A stretch of DNA of 64,000 nucleotides from Candidatus Scalinduaceae bacterium (GTDB taxonomy: Bacteria; Planctomycetota; Brocadiia; Brocadiales; Scalinduaceae): NCBI GenBank assembly GCA_046759445.1, contig JBHICG010000001.1, positions 94,467 through 158,466 of the forward strand, written 5' to 3'. Below, one piece after another: positions 39,055 to 49,725 of this stretch (position 1 is its first letter; every line of letters begins with the position of its first letter). Below the pieces are notes generated by a model. It was not told where the DNA came from, did no database searches, and saw only the letters and a program-made list of their open reading frames with translations. Both the position numbers and the translations under genes were made by a program.

Positions 39055-40362
39055 ATGTATGGGAAAGACATTATTCGCAAGAAAAGAGAAGGATACGAGT
39101 TATCTAAAGACGAGATAAGTTTCCTGATTCAAGGATACGTCAAGGCTGATATTCCTGATTATCAGATCGCTGCATTTTTGATGAGTGTTTATGTTCAGGG
39201 TTTAACAACGAGAGAAACAGTTTTTTTAACAGAAGAGTTGATAGCATCCGGAAAGGTAATAGACTTAGGCTCCATTCCTGGAAAGAAGATTGACAAACAT
39301 AGTACGGGTGGAGTCGGTGATAAGGTTAGTTTAGTCCTGGCTCCGTTAGTGGCAGCGCTTGGAGTAAAAGTGCCGATGATATCTGGTCGCAGTCTGGGTC
39401 ATACCGGTGGAACTCTTGACAAGCTTGAATCAATTAAGGGTTTTCAGACCGATCTTACAATCCATAAATTTATCAAAAACGTTCGTGAGGTTGGGGTATG
39501 CATAATTGGCCAGACAGAAGAACTCACACCTGCAGACAGAAAATTATACTCTCTCCGTGATGCAACGTCTACTGTCGAAAGCATACCACTGATTGCAAGC
39601 AGTATAATGTCAAAGAAAATAGCATCTGGCGTGGACGGTCTTTTACTCGACGTAAAAACAGGAAATGGCGCATTTTTAAAAGAACATAATCAATCAATAT
39701 GTTTAGCAAAACAGATGATAGAAATAGGAAAAGAGATGCAGAAAGACGTTGTTGCCATAATCACTGACATGAATCAACCACTGGGCAAGATGGTCGGAAA
39801 TGCAACGGAGGTTGTAGAAAGCATTGAGACGTTAAAGGGAGAAGGTCCGGAAGATCTGGTTGAATTAACTGTTACAATAGGATCGCATATGCTTATGCTT
39901 GCAGAAATATGCAATAATCTGGATGAAGGAAGAGAGATGTTGCTTAAAACATTGAAAAATGGTAAGGCATATGAAAAGTTTGTAGAAATGGTTATACAAC
40001 AGGGCGGCAACGAAGGTTACCTTTTGGACATGAAAAACAAAGCAATCTCTAAAAAAACCAGGGAAGTATTAGCAACAAATGACGGTTATGTCAGCAATAT
40101 AGACACTTACAAAATGGGCACTGCAGCCTGGGTTCTTGGCGCCGGCAGAGATAAAATAAACGATAAGATTGACCATTCTGTTGGATATGAAGTATTGGCA
40201 AAACGAGGAGATAGGGTTGAACTTAAGCAACCTCTGGTGAGAATATCTTATAACGATGAAAAAAAATGCATTCAAGCAGAGGCGTTAATAAAGGAGGCTT
40301 ATAAAATCACAAATTCTCCCTCACATCTCCCACCACTTATTTACGAAGTGTTAGATAATTAA
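39055..40362 (+). CDS. pdp: Pyrimidine-nucleoside / thymidine phosphorylase
   Basis: DKHSTGGVGDK, GHTGGTLDKLES, SIMSKK. Confidence 0.95.
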   Translation: MYGKDIIRKKREGYELSKDEISFLIQGYVKADIPDYQIAAFLMSVYVQGLTTRETVFLTEELIASGKVIDLGSIPGKKIDKHSTGGVGDKVSLVLAPLVAALGVKVPMISGRSLGHTGGTLDKLESIKGFQTDLTIHKFIKNVREVGVCIIGQTEELTPADRKLYSLRDATSTVESIPLIASSIMSKKIASGVDGLLLDVKTGNGAFLKEHNQSICLAKQMIEIGKEMQKDVVAIITDMNQPLGKMVGNATEVVESIETLKGEGPEDLVELTVTIGSHMLMLAEICNNLDEGREMLLKTLKNGKAYEKFVEMVIQQGGNEGYLLDMKNKAISKKTREVLATNDGYVSNIDTYKMGTAAWVLGAGRDKINDKIDHSVGYEVLAKRGDRVELKQPLVRISYNDEKKCIQAEALIKEAYKITNSPSHLPPLIYEVLDN

Positions 40363-40364
40363 AT

Positions 40365-40721
40365 CTATGGTGACACATCGTCTGGTCCGGTGAAATTTAG
40401 CTCTTCGTCACCGGTAAGTATGTTGGGATGAATATACCAATCTCCCGTGAAAGACTTTACGGCAACCTTGTTTGCGGCCTCAGCCTCTTTCCCAAGGCTC
40501 ACACCATAAGTCAGCCCACTCGTTATTCCTCCCAGTATGGCATAAGCTGCCTTAAATGGAAAATATACCGCTGATGAGAAAACACTACCTGCTACCAGAC
40601 CAGCTTTTTCTGCAGGACTATGTTCGGAAAAAGGCTTGGCATAAACATTCTGGATAGAGCTACCTTGTACAAAGAAACAAACAACTGACAAACACACTAA
40701 AATTACAGCTAGTTTCCTCAT
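40365..40721 (-). CDS. Hypothetical exported/membrane protein
   Basis: GGAGG RBS, signal peptide. Confidence 0.7.
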   Translation of the reverse strand: MRKLAVILVCLSVVCFFVQGSSIQNVYAKPFSEHSPAEKAGLVAGSVFSSAVYFPFKAAYAILGGITSGLTYGVSLGKEAEAANKVAVKSFTGDWYIHPNILTGDEELNFTGPDDVSP

Positions 40722-41027
40722 CTTTTCCTCCTTGCAATAAAATTAAACATTGTCAAAAGTTAATCACAAAGCTCACAGAAAAATAGTTTTTGTGTATATC
40801 ATAAGATTAAAACTTTCAATCTCTCCTAATTTCATATTATATATCCTCATAGACAAGGATAGTCAAGAGAAATTATCAATTGGTATTTTCAAGAGATTTG
40901 ACGTTCGTTGCGGTTACGTAACTCGAATCGTTATTCGTTTTACAGATACCGTTTCCAGATAGGTAACCTTTCAACGTCTGACACGTTTTTTTGGTTTCCT
41001 TCGCAGTCTCAGCAGTTAACTATACCT

Positions 41028-41939
41028 TCAAGCAAAACCTATACTCTTTAAGAAATCAACGCCATCCATCAAATCCCTTTTAGTCTCTCTAGGATGAATC
41101 TCAAGTATCTTCAGCGTATCCTTTTTCAGGTATTTCTTTAACAATCTAAAATCCACCTCACCTGCACCGGGTACCTGGTGATCTATATACCCTGTGGCAT
41201 CATGAAGGTGTACACCAAGCAAATATTTACCGTATGTCTCAAGGAGCTGATTTGGTCTTATAATACCTAAATTTTCCTGAACCTTTGCATGTCCTACATC
41301 ATGCCAGTACCCAATCCTCCCATTTCCAAACTTCTCTAATACGATACCTATCTCATCAAGATTCGGATACTCTCTGAAGTAATATCTATTTTCAATACCT
41401 ACATTGACGCCAAGGCTCTCCGCAGCCTTCTGTATTTCATCTATGCTCTGTAAGAGAACGTCAAAGCTTTTCCCTTTTTTCTTCTCCCTTTCTAGTCTAA
41501 ACTCTTCAAGCATTTTTCTATGTTCATTCGAACCTATCTTCCCCTCATCATACAACCTGAAGAGGTCTTGCTTTACAGTATCCATAGGCACTCTTCCAAG
41601 ATGCAAAATTACAGCCCCGGCGCCTAGTTCTGCCGCTATTTGCATGGTTCCAATTGTATATTTAACTGCCAATGCCCTCTCCTCTTTGTCTTCTGTCGAC
41701 AGAAGGAATACATCGGCCCCACCCTCTCCAAATGTTTCTGGAATTGGAAAAAAGTTGTGTATACTAGATATCCTAACCCCGTTTCCTTTATTTAAGAATT
41801 TTTTTATTTCTCTAAACGTCTCTCCAGATATTCTGTATTCTAACTCTATGTCTCTAAATCCGAGTTTAGAAAAACATTCCAGGAGTTTTTGCCCATCCTT
41901 TACCTTACCAGATTTCCATACAGTAGAAATTCCAAGCAT
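41028..41939 (-). CDS. Sugar phosphate isomerase/epimerase (AP endonuclease 2 TIM barrel)
   Basis: SIHN, IENR, HDVGH, HLHD, DH, EIH. Confidence 0.85.
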   Translation of the reverse strand: MLGISTVWKSGKVKDGQKLLECFSKLGFRDIELEYRISGETFREIKKFLNKGNGVRISSIHNFFPIPETFGEGGADVFLLSTEDKEERALAVKYTIGTMQIAAELGAGAVILHLGRVPMDTVKQDLFRLYDEGKIGSNEHRKMLEEFRLEREKKKGKSFDVLLQSIDEIQKAAESLGVNVGIENRYYFREYPNLDEIGIVLEKFGNGRIGYWHDVGHAKVQENLGIIRPNQLLETYGKYLLGVHLHDATGYIDHQVPGAGEVDFRLLKKYLKKDTLKILEIHPRETKRDLMDGVDFLKSIGFA

Positions 41940-42016
41940 AGTATATAATATGGTTCTAAAAAATATTTAATATCGAGATCACAGAAAATTGTGGGAAGTA
42001 TCCCTTTATTTCTCCT

Positions 42017-43789
42017 TTAACCCTTTTTCCTCTTAGATATTGTCATTAGTCCAAAAATTACTATTGCCGCAACTACAATAATACCTCCCAGTACACCAAC
42101 AATCCCTCCTCTATCCTTTTTTACTAATATCTTGTCTACTTCCTTAGCCCTTAATAATTTCTGCGCCTCACTTTCCATGGCGCTTATCTTTTTATAAACC
42201 ATGGCAGAACCAAACCACCACGAAATATCCTGTTGCACATGTGCAATACCTTTGTATGCGTGGGCCTTGTCACCAAACCACATGTCAGTATATAAATTTT
42301 CTATGTAGGAAGGATTATTACTCCCTGCCATGAAAACACCATAAACCCCCAATATAGGCCCATACACAGGCAACTTGCCACCAGTAGCCTTAAATGCATT
42401 GTAAATAGTCTCTCCAAGTAAGTCAGGTCCTAATACATCCGCAAGCACTTCTCCCATTGGATACGGATCTCTCTCTGAAACAGGAGGATCAAAGGCGTCT
42501 GCTGCCGCTATCTCGTCTAAAATTAAGTGTGCCCTATCCTGTAGCTGCCACATCTCAAACATCATATTATCCAGGTTTTCAAGATAAAGCCTTGCCCAGC
42601 GTGGACTATGGCAACTGGAACACATTTGTATCCATTTTTCTCGCTTTGCCTTACTTTCTGGCGAGTATATGTCAAGTTTATAATTCAATGGCGGCAACTT
42701 TACACCATATGGATAAGCCTTAAGGGAGGACTCAAATTCAACACTCTTTGGCGGAACAGTACCCATTCGCCATATAGCCTTTGAAGCAGTAGTGTGTGTG
42801 AACTCTCCCTCCCTCTGATACATGTGACAGAATTGACAGGTAGGAGCTCTATAATCTTTGCCGGGTATAACCTGTCCAAGTGGTTTTTCCCAATCCCAGC
42901 GCTCTCCTTCAAGTTCATATATTATCCCCATCTTGGATCCCAGATAAGACTCGGCGTCAGGATGATCAAACCCCATATGGCAACTAATGCAAGCCTCCGG
43001 CCTTCTACCCTCAGCAGCCGTATATTTATGTCTTGTATGACAAATATCACACTTCTCAGTAGTTGCATGACAATAATCACATCCAAACATGGTTGTGAGT
43101 AAACCTCTCCTTGCATTTTCAGAATACCATGGTGGAACTACATTAGCCGCAAATGCGTCCACGTGATTCGGACGACCATATTTCATTTCATCCAGATACT
43201 CACCTACCTGCTTAGGATGACACTCACCACATATATCAGGTGTAGGCATCCTAAGTTCTTTGTGGTCTTTGCCATGACAATTACTACACGTAACCTCCTT
43301 TAATTCCGTTTCCAGCAATTGTTCTATCCGTTTCGTCTTCTGCGAAAAATAACTGTTCTTTTTTGGATTTGCATGTGTGGAGCTCCTCCAATCATGCACA
43401 ATACCCGGCGTTACCTCCTCATGGCACTTTACACATTCCTCAGCTTTATACTTCTCCAATAGTTGGTCATAATATGTGCCGTCGGGTCTTACATAATGCC
43501 TTTTAGGAAACCAGTACATTTGCATTGGCACGGGTTTGTAATAATCCTGCCATGGCCCTGCACCCTTTTCCATCCCGACATTATCGCTATACAATGCCCT
43601 TAACTGCTCAGATGGGTAAATCTCGTTATAATAATTCATTGCCCTTTTTTGCATCTCCTTAGTTATTGGCTCATCAACAACTTTATAAGCTTTTTCTTTG
43701 TGTTCTTTTGCGGCGATTGCAAGATTATCCTGCAAGACGTAAAAGACCGTAATCGAAGTTACAATCACACAAATTTTTAGAAGATTCAT
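42017..43789 (-). CDS. hao: Octaheme hydroxylamine oxidoreductase-like protein with C-terminal TM anchor
   Basis: Eight CxxCH in HAO spacing (CDICHTRH, CHMGFDH, APTCQFCHM). Confidence 0.9.
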   Translation of the reverse strand: MNLLKICVIVTSITVFYVLQDNLAIAAKEHKEKAYKVVDEPITKEMQKRAMNYYNEIYPSEQLRALYSDNVGMEKGAGPWQDYYKPVPMQMYWFPKRHYVRPDGTYYDQLLEKYKAEECVKCHEEVTPGIVHDWRSSTHANPKKNSYFSQKTKRIEQLLETELKEVTCSNCHGKDHKELRMPTPDICGECHPKQVGEYLDEMKYGRPNHVDAFAANVVPPWYSENARRGLLTTMFGCDYCHATTEKCDICHTRHKYTAAEGRRPEACISCHMGFDHPDAESYLGSKMGIIYELEGERWDWEKPLGQVIPGKDYRAPTCQFCHMYQREGEFTHTTASKAIWRMGTVPPKSVEFESSLKAYPYGVKLPPLNYKLDIYSPESKAKREKWIQMCSSCHSPRWARLYLENLDNMMFEMWQLQDRAHLILDEIAAADAFDPPVSERDPYPMGEVLADVLGPDLLGETIYNAFKATGGKLPVYGPILGVYGVFMAGSNNPSYIENLYTDMWFGDKAHAYKGIAHVQQDISWWFGSAMVYKKISAMESEAQKLLRAKEVDKILVKKDRGGIVGVLGGIIVVAAIVIFGLMTISKRKKG

Positions 43790-43935
43790 TATGAAAATCC
43801 TCCCTTTCTTTTATTGAAATTCACACTTCCTTAACCTATACATGTAACTTTACATTAATAATCACTTTTCAAGAACGTTCTCCTTCTAAAACAAGTAGTG
43901 ATTGTTATTCTGCTATACAATTTTATCATTCACAA

Positions 43936-44997
43936 CTATTTTCCTTGTTTTATCATTTCTAAAGATTCATCTACAATACGCTTATATTTTGGATTAAACC
44001 ACTCATAAGGGTCATATTTTTTATGTTCCCGGAAATACTTTACCCTCATCTCATGTCTCCTGCTTCTATGGCAACCGGTATTACTACCACAGACATTATA
44101 TGCGGGTGTTATTCTGGCAATTTTTTGGCCTTCTAATGCCTTGCCCACGTCCATAAAGTAAGCAAAAACCTCCCCGGGCCCATGGCACGCCTCACATGTT
44201 ATTCCCTCTTCTGAATATGTACCTGTTTCTTTATCATATCCTGTTGTATGGCATTCATAACACATTTTCCTATAATCTTTATCACCGTCTATAAAATCAG
44301 GCGCCTCCTGTACAACCCTGAAGCTTTCAAACTTCACCCTCTTCCACCGTTCGACATGTGGGGCCGTCAAACCTGTATGACATCGCAAACACCTTCCACT
44401 ACCCAGGTATATCGCCTTTTCCCCCGTTATTGTCCTATTCTTAAAGCTTCCCCACTCAACCTCATCGTCCAGTGAAAGTGTAGCTAACTCTTCCCACATT
44501 GCAAAGATTGCATCAGAATTCGTCATCCTTTTATGCATCTGCCGTTTATGCTTATACATGTCATGATGAGCATGTTCTTCATCCAACATCCTTCCAACTC
44601 CACCATGGCAAACAGTACACCCGTATATGTCAAAAGGAAAATCCTTTACAACTGTGATATGAGACTCTTTCAATTTTCCCTCATCAATGTGACATGTCAT
44701 ACATCTATCTACTTTTTGCCCGTTTCGTTGATTCGCCCAACTATACTCACCTTTCAGGAGTATTTGTTTAATCTCATAACTTGGATTTCGCAGTTTTGCC
44801 AGCTTTTCTTTTAATTTCTCTGTTTCTTCAATGTTTTTTTCGTTTTGTAGCTTTTTTTCTACATCTTTTCGTTGCCCCTTATAATACTCTTCCTGATACT
44901 TCTTCCAACCAGGCTCAGCAGCATCCTTAATCCAGTTGTAAGAACTCAAAAAAAGCATTATGCTGAACAAAAAAAATAATTTTCTCTTTATCTTCAC
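43936..44997 (-). CDS. Membrane-anchored multiheme cytochrome c of the Rieske/cyt b complex
   Basis: Five CxxCH plus one CxxxxxCH; DRCMTCH. Confidence 0.88.
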   Translation of the reverse strand: MKIKRKLFFLFSIMLFLSSYNWIKDAAEPGWKKYQEEYYKGQRKDVEKKLQNEKNIEETEKLKEKLAKLRNPSYEIKQILLKGEYSWANQRNGQKVDRCMTCHIDEGKLKESHITVVKDFPFDIYGCTVCHGGVGRMLDEEHAHHDMYKHKRQMHKRMTNSDAIFAMWEELATLSLDDEVEWGSFKNRTITGEKAIYLGSGRCLRCHTGLTAPHVERWKRVKFESFRVVQEAPDFIDGDKDYRKMCYECHTTGYDKETGTYSEEGITCEACHGPGEVFAYFMDVGKALEGQKIARITPAYNVCGSNTGCHRSRRHEMRVKYFREHKKYDPYEWFNPKYKRIVDESLEMIKQGK

Positions 44998-45038
44998 TTA
45001 ATTGTTTCTTTCAAAAAAATTTATAACCATAATCTAAA

Positions 45039-45188
45039 ACCTAAATTGAGCGATTTTGTAGCCGCAACCTTGAGGTTGCGTGACTTACGAGGATCCATCA
45101 AATGATGAGAAACGCAGGCGGTCAATCTTAAGATTGCCTTAAGCCAGCGGCTACAATGGCATATAATATAAAATCGCTCAATTTAGGT
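45039..45188. mobile_element. MITE/REPIN-like element with CCTAAATTGAG terminal inverted repeats
   Basis: 19-bp perfect TIR; internal GTAGCCGC/GCGGCTAC; relatives at 58126-58249 and 55688-55760. Confidence 0.75.
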
Positions 45189-45193
45189 AAAAA

Positions 45194-45934
45194 TTAAATA
45201 TTAAACCAAGGGGTTTGCAGTATGTATTTGATATTAAACAAAAGTCTTAAAATAATCTTTATGATTACGCCTAACATCGTTAGCAACATTATCATGACAA
45301 TATAATATCTAATACCCCCCAATTTTTCGTAAAAATCCTTCTTTTTCCTTTTTATGATTATGAGTCCTGCTCCAAAATAAACAAGAATTGCAAGGAGGCC
45401 TAAGACATTTGGAAAACTCTTTAAAGGTGGTGGAGTTGGAAAATCGAGCGTCCACTCTTCCCACGGCCAGAAGAATGCCCAGAACGGCCCTCTCATGTAT
45501 ACGCCAATAACGATAAGCACAAACCAGAAGATAAATCCAAATACGAAAACTGTAACTGCAAATTTTCTATCTGAGAAGTTGTAAAACCCATTTCCTTTCG
45601 GATTCACGTCCAGATAAGGTAGCATCATAAGGCCAACAATAATAATACCAGGAAGCACCACTCCAGCAAACCATGGATCGAAATAGACAAGTGCCTCCTG
45701 TAAACCCAAAAAGTACCATGGCGCCTTTGCTGGATTTTCAGGTTCTACTGGATTGGCAAGTTCTCTCAACGGCGCATCAACATAGAATGAAAATAAAAGC
45801 AAAAAAACAGTCACAAGAATCGCCGCCAAGAATTCCTTTGCTACCAGGTTTGGCCAGGCAAAAACATTGTCAGTTTTATTTTTTGACATATCTGTCTTTT
45901 GTGGTCCTTCAAACTTCACTGCAGGGTTTGACAT
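45194..45934 (-). CDS. petD: Cytochrome b6 subunit IV-like (C-terminal cyt b domain)
   Basis: WPNL, NPAKAPWYF, LPYLD; ATG at 45934 with GGAG RBS preferred over the track start at 46048. Confidence 0.8.
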   Translation of the reverse strand: MSNPAVKFEGPQKTDMSKNKTDNVFAWPNLVAKEFLAAILVTVFLLLFSFYVDAPLRELANPVEPENPAKAPWYFLGLQEALVYFDPWFAGVVLPGIIIVGLMMLPYLDVNPKGNGFYNFSDRKFAVTVFVFGFIFWFVLIVIGVYMRGPFWAFFWPWEEWTLDFPTPPPLKSFPNVLGLLAILVYFGAGLIIIKRKKKDFYEKLGGIRYYIVMIMLLTMLGVIIKIILRLLFNIKYILQTPWFNI

Positions 45935-45951
45935 AAATATTCTCCCGGCAA

Positions 45952-46722
45952 TTAAAGTGAACGAGAAATACCTCCATCTTTTCTTACACGCCAGAAATGA
46001 AGCATCATTAGCCCCCCGGCAATTACGGGTATTGCTATACAATGCCATACATATGCACGAAGCAAGGCCGGGGCAGCAATTTCAGTACCGCCTAAGAGAG
46101 CAAAACGAATATCATTATTTATCTTTACACCTAATAAATCAGCAAAAGGCCCTTGATAGCCTATAAAAGGAGTTGCCCCACTCATATTAGTACCAACCGT
46201 AATCGCCCAATAACCAAGCTGATCCCATGGGAGCAGATAACCAGTAAAACTCAAAAGGAACGTTAACACTAACAAGACTACACCAAGAACCCAATTGAAT
46301 TGCCTGGGAGACTTATACGAACCTGTAAGGAAAACCCTGAGCATATGAAAACATACTGTTATAACCATCACATGGCCAGCCCAGCGGTGTGAGTTCCTCA
46401 AAAAACGTCCATAAGGCACTGCATACATCAAGTCAATCATATCTGCGTATGCGCGATTGACATCTGGCACATAATAAAACATTAACAAAATGCCCGTTAT
46501 CGCCTCAAACAAGAAGATAAAGAATGTTATACCACCCAGACACCACGTAAACCTGATTTTTAAGGCATGCTCTGGAATCTTCACGGGATGCAAATGCAAC
46601 CATACGTTACTTATAGTCTGAAGGGCCCTGTTTCTGGAGGTATCAGCATAACCATGTCGAAACACAGACTTCCAGATTTCACTGTCCGTAATTCTCTTTA
46701 TTATATCCGAGATTAAATTCAT
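45952..46722 (-). CDS. petB: Cytochrome b6-type subunit
   Basis: WCLGG (heme ci Cys), [24 protein letters not shown]...LHF. Confidence 0.92.
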   Translation of the reverse strand: MNLISDIIKRITDSEIWKSVFRHGYADTSRNRALQTISNVWLHLHPVKIPEHALKIRFTWCLGGITFFIFLFEAITGILLMFYYVPDVNRAYADMIDLMYAVPYGRFLRNSHRWAGHVMVITVCFHMLRVFLTGSYKSPRQFNWVLGVVLLVLTFLLSFTGYLLPWDQLGYWAITVGTNMSGATPFIGYQGPFADLLGVKINNDIRFALLGGTEIAAPALLRAYVWHCIAIPVIAGGLMMLHFWRVRKDGGISRSL

Positions 46723-46841
46723 TTGAACATTCCCTGCTTCTCATTACTTTTCTTAACACCACAATCATATTAGAAGTTTACAATCCTATTCTTCGTTTGT
46801 ACCCTAGTATATTATTAATTTCTTCATCATAAATTAAATAT

Positions 46842-47351
46842 TTATATAATCAACTCTGTATCGAGGGGCACTTTTTTACTCGTATCTACAATCATCTTGC
46901 CATCATCTGAAAGTGAAAGCTTATAATGATACAATGGCCTTAGTGCAGGGCCTGCAAAATTTACTCCATTTCTATAATATTTACTCCCATGGCATGGACA
47001 TTCAAATACGTTCTTTTCCTTTGACCAATGAACCGCACAGCCAAGATGCTGACACACAGTTGATATTGCCTTAAAACTGTTACCATCCCTTATTATAAAA
47101 ATTTTCCTGGACTTCAATGTTGCAACCATATTCGCTGCAAAATCCGATGGGATACCAACGGAAAAAACAGGAGAAGGCTCAAAAAGCACTTTGGAAAAGA
47201 AAAATCCTTTAGGCCCTAAAATTTCCCATGCATAAGCCAACATAGTTGTCAGGAACACTCCCCATCCTGCTATAGTAAAAAAATCTCTTCTTGTCGTATA
47301 TATGCCACCCTTTGAGTTTTCTTCTTGTGTTTGTTTTAATACTTCAGTCAT
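46842..47351 (-). CDS. petC: Rieske 2Fe-2S subunit
   Basis: TRRDFF Tat motif, CQHLGC, CPCHGS. Confidence 0.93.
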   Translation of the reverse strand: MTEVLKQTQEENSKGGIYTTRRDFFTIAGWGVFLTTMLAYAWEILGPKGFFFSKVLFEPSPVFSVGIPSDFAANMVATLKSRKIFIIRDGNSFKAISTVCQHLGCAVHWSKEKNVFECPCHGSKYYRNGVNFAGPALRPLYHYKLSLSDDGKMIVDTSKKVPLDTELII

Positions 47352-47967
47352 AATTCGTTAATTCGTATTGTACTGGAACAACCTTAATTGCAATGGGCTG
47401 GTTTACTGTATTGCATACATTCTCACAAATACCACACCCTACACATTTTTCTTTTTCTACAATAGGCTTACCGTCATCCTGATAAATTGCACCTGGAATT
47501 GGACAATTCCTTACACAGTGTTCACAAAATTGCGCACCCCAGGCCATACAATTGGATTCATTTATATACGCTTTACCCATCCTCACTTCTTCCTTATCCC
47601 TCACCTCCACCAGAGCGCCTTCCTTACACGCCTTTATACAGGGAAAATCCTCACATAAATAACACGGTGTCTCTTCAGGTACTATAATAGGCGTACCGTC
47701 AGCAATATCAAAATCTTTATTTAATTTCCGTATACTTTCATGCGGGCAGACTTTCAAACATTCATCGCACCTGGTGCATAAAGAAAGGAACTCATTCTCT
47801 TTCACTGCCCCAGGTGGCCTGATATAACGCCTCGTCCTTGAATTAGTATTAGGGTTGGATACAGCATCTACCTTTCCCTTAACGATCTCACTAATCTTAT
47901 TTCCTATAAAGGAAAACGTTTCCTTAAATAATTCCCTTCTCCCACGATCAACAATCTTATCCTTCAT
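47344..47967 (-). CDS. NapG/MauM-type 4x[4Fe-4S] ferredoxin
   Basis: RPPGA, CTRCDEC...CP, CYLCEDFPC, CVGCGIC. Confidence 0.88.
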   Translation of the reverse strand: MKDKIVDRGRRELFKETFSFIGNKISEIVKGKVDAVSNPNTNSRTRRYIRPPGAVKENEFLSLCTRCDECLKVCPHESIRKLNKDFDIADGTPIIVPEETPCYLCEDFPCIKACKEGALVEVRDKEEVRMGKAYINESNCMAWGAQFCEHCVRNCPIPGAIYQDDGKPIVEKEKCVGCGICENVCNTVNQPIAIKVVPVQYELTNYD

Positions 47968-48068
47968 TATATATCCTCAAGCACTAAATCCAGATTTCTA
48001 ATTTTAACTAATAAATTATAAAACATTTTTTTTAATCTTAAAAGATTTATTCTCTTTTTCTGCAAAAT

Positions 48069-48104
48069 AAAAAAGCCCCTAACTCAAACTGTCAGGGGCT
48101 TTTT
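48069..48104 (-). terminator. Intrinsic terminator-like hairpin between the USP and ferredoxin genes
   Basis: AAAAGCCCCT...AGGGGCTTTT with T tracts on both strands. Confidence 0.65.
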
Positions 48105-48349
48105 AATGAGACAAAAATCTCTGTGAAAATAAAGTCAGGTAATTATGGATGCATTTTTTATGTAAAAAATATTTGGTCTGTAGCTTTATATTAGCATATG
48201 CTGGAATATCCAGAATGCAGAAAAATAGAAATGATTTTACGAGTTATGTGAGGTTTTGCAGATTTGTCTTTCTACATTTGACCCTTGCACCGGGATTCAA
48301 TCAACACTTTTCTCCCCTAACTTTATAAAGGGAGTTATAATGAGAAACT

Positions 48350-49597
48350 TTAAGATGATTTCATTGCATCAGACCACTTTGCTTTGGCTTCTTCCACAAT
48401 TTGCCGCGTAATCTCACTACTACCTTTCTTCCTGGCATAGTCCTCCACTTCACCAACAACCATTTTCCTCACAAACGCAGGAACTTTTGAAATCAAAGAC
48501 CTGGCATCCTCATTCCAGGAAACTTCTCCTTCTTCAACCGTTTGGCTCAAAGGTCGTTCCAGGCCGATATTCTCTCTTTTTTCATAAAAAGGATTGACCT
48601 CCATATCCTTTTCGTTTCTCGTTATAAGAACATTACAATTAGCAAAACGTAATATATTCTCTGTTGCACTCCCAATTTCCAGTCCATTTATCGCATGCAT
48701 ACCAGTGCGTCCCAAGACCAATAGTGATGGTTTCACCTTGTCAACATGCCTCAGTATCTGATCATAAGGCTTACCTTCAAGTAGTGTGCTTTTTGTCTCA
48801 AAACCCAAATCTTTCATTCTATTTATGGCAATTTCCAGATGTCCCCGGTAAATTTTCTCCAATCCCTTGTCAATAACGTCTTCATGAAGCTTCTCTTGCT
48901 CCTCTGATTTGAACACATCACCCATTTCTCCAGAAAGTATCTTAGCAATACCACCAAAAGCCACTCTATGATAATGAGGGTCAAAGACAGACAATGCTTC
49001 CACTTCTAATTCAAATTCCTTCGCAAGGCTGCCTGCCATTTCTACCGCCCTCGAAGATTGTTCACTCCCATCTACGGCTACTATTATACTGCCCTCAAGT
49101 GGTCTGTCATTTTTAACAACCAATACGTCAGTATTTATCTTCCTTACCACCCTCTCACAAACACTACCAATTAGGTTGCCATTTACCTCTCCAAGTCCTC
49201 GTATACCAATAATAACCAGGTCATAATCTTCATTTTGTATATCCTTAACTAACTCAAGATAGTTTTTCCCCTCCTGAACATTACGACCAAAAGACACCCT
49301 TTCTTTCTGACACTTCTTTTCAAGGTTATCCAGATAAGAATTTGAAATTATTCGTAGTCCACGACCTATCAAAGAATTATGAAATTCCCTTTGCTTCTTA
49401 AGTTCATTTTCATCTCTGTACTGCTCTGGCAATCCACTTTCCATTTCCCTGAATCTCTTGTGATGTAAGCCAGCCGCATAAACGTGTCCTCCTATCAATT
49501 CAGAAGCATATTTCTTTGATATCGATATCCCTATATCTTCACAATAATTTGAAAATTTTGAGTTATCTAATGGAATAAATATTTTTTTATACATCAA
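48350..49597 (-). CDS. Tandem universal stress protein domains plus C-terminal PCP_red-like domain
   Basis: IPLDNS, VAVDGS, GSV.ERV, GSATE; W.EDA...VPAFVR C-terminus. Confidence 0.85.
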   Translation of the reverse strand: MMYKKIFIPLDNSKFSNYCEDIGISISKKYASELIGGHVYAAGLHHKRFREMESGLPEQYRDENELKKQREFHNSLIGRGLRIISNSYLDNLEKKCQKERVSFGRNVQEGKNYLELVKDIQNEDYDLVIIGIRGLGEVNGNLIGSVCERVVRKINTDVLVVKNDRPLEGSIIVAVDGSEQSSRAVEMAGSLAKEFELEVEALSVFDPHYHRVAFGGIAKILSGEMGDVFKSEEQEKLHEDVIDKGLEKIYRGHLEIAINRMKDLGFETKSTLLEGKPYDQILRHVDKVKPSLLVLGRTGMHAINGLEIGSATENILRFANCNVLITRNEKDMEVNPFYEKRENIGLERPLSQTVEEGEVSWNEDARSLISKVPAFVRKMVVGEVEDYARKKGSSEITRQIVEEAKAKWSDAMKSS

Positions 49598-49725
49598 ATA
49601 AACCTCTTTCAGCCAACCTAACCTGAGTCGGGCAGATTGCTAATCTATGTTAACAACCTTAATTTCCTTAACTCACACATTTTTTTACTTCGCAAAACAA
49701 TACAAAATAACAAAGCCCGTTGGGC

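Noticed and set aside
42017..43789. Hydrazine dehydrogenase or oxidative HAO
   Set aside because: The cross-linking Tyr appears to be replaced by Trp, all eight heme motifs are canonical, and the protein has a C-terminal TM in a Rieske/cyt b context
45935..46048. N-terminal extension of the subunit IV ORF
   Set aside because: Overlaps the cytochrome b6 gene; a better ATG with RBS is at 45934
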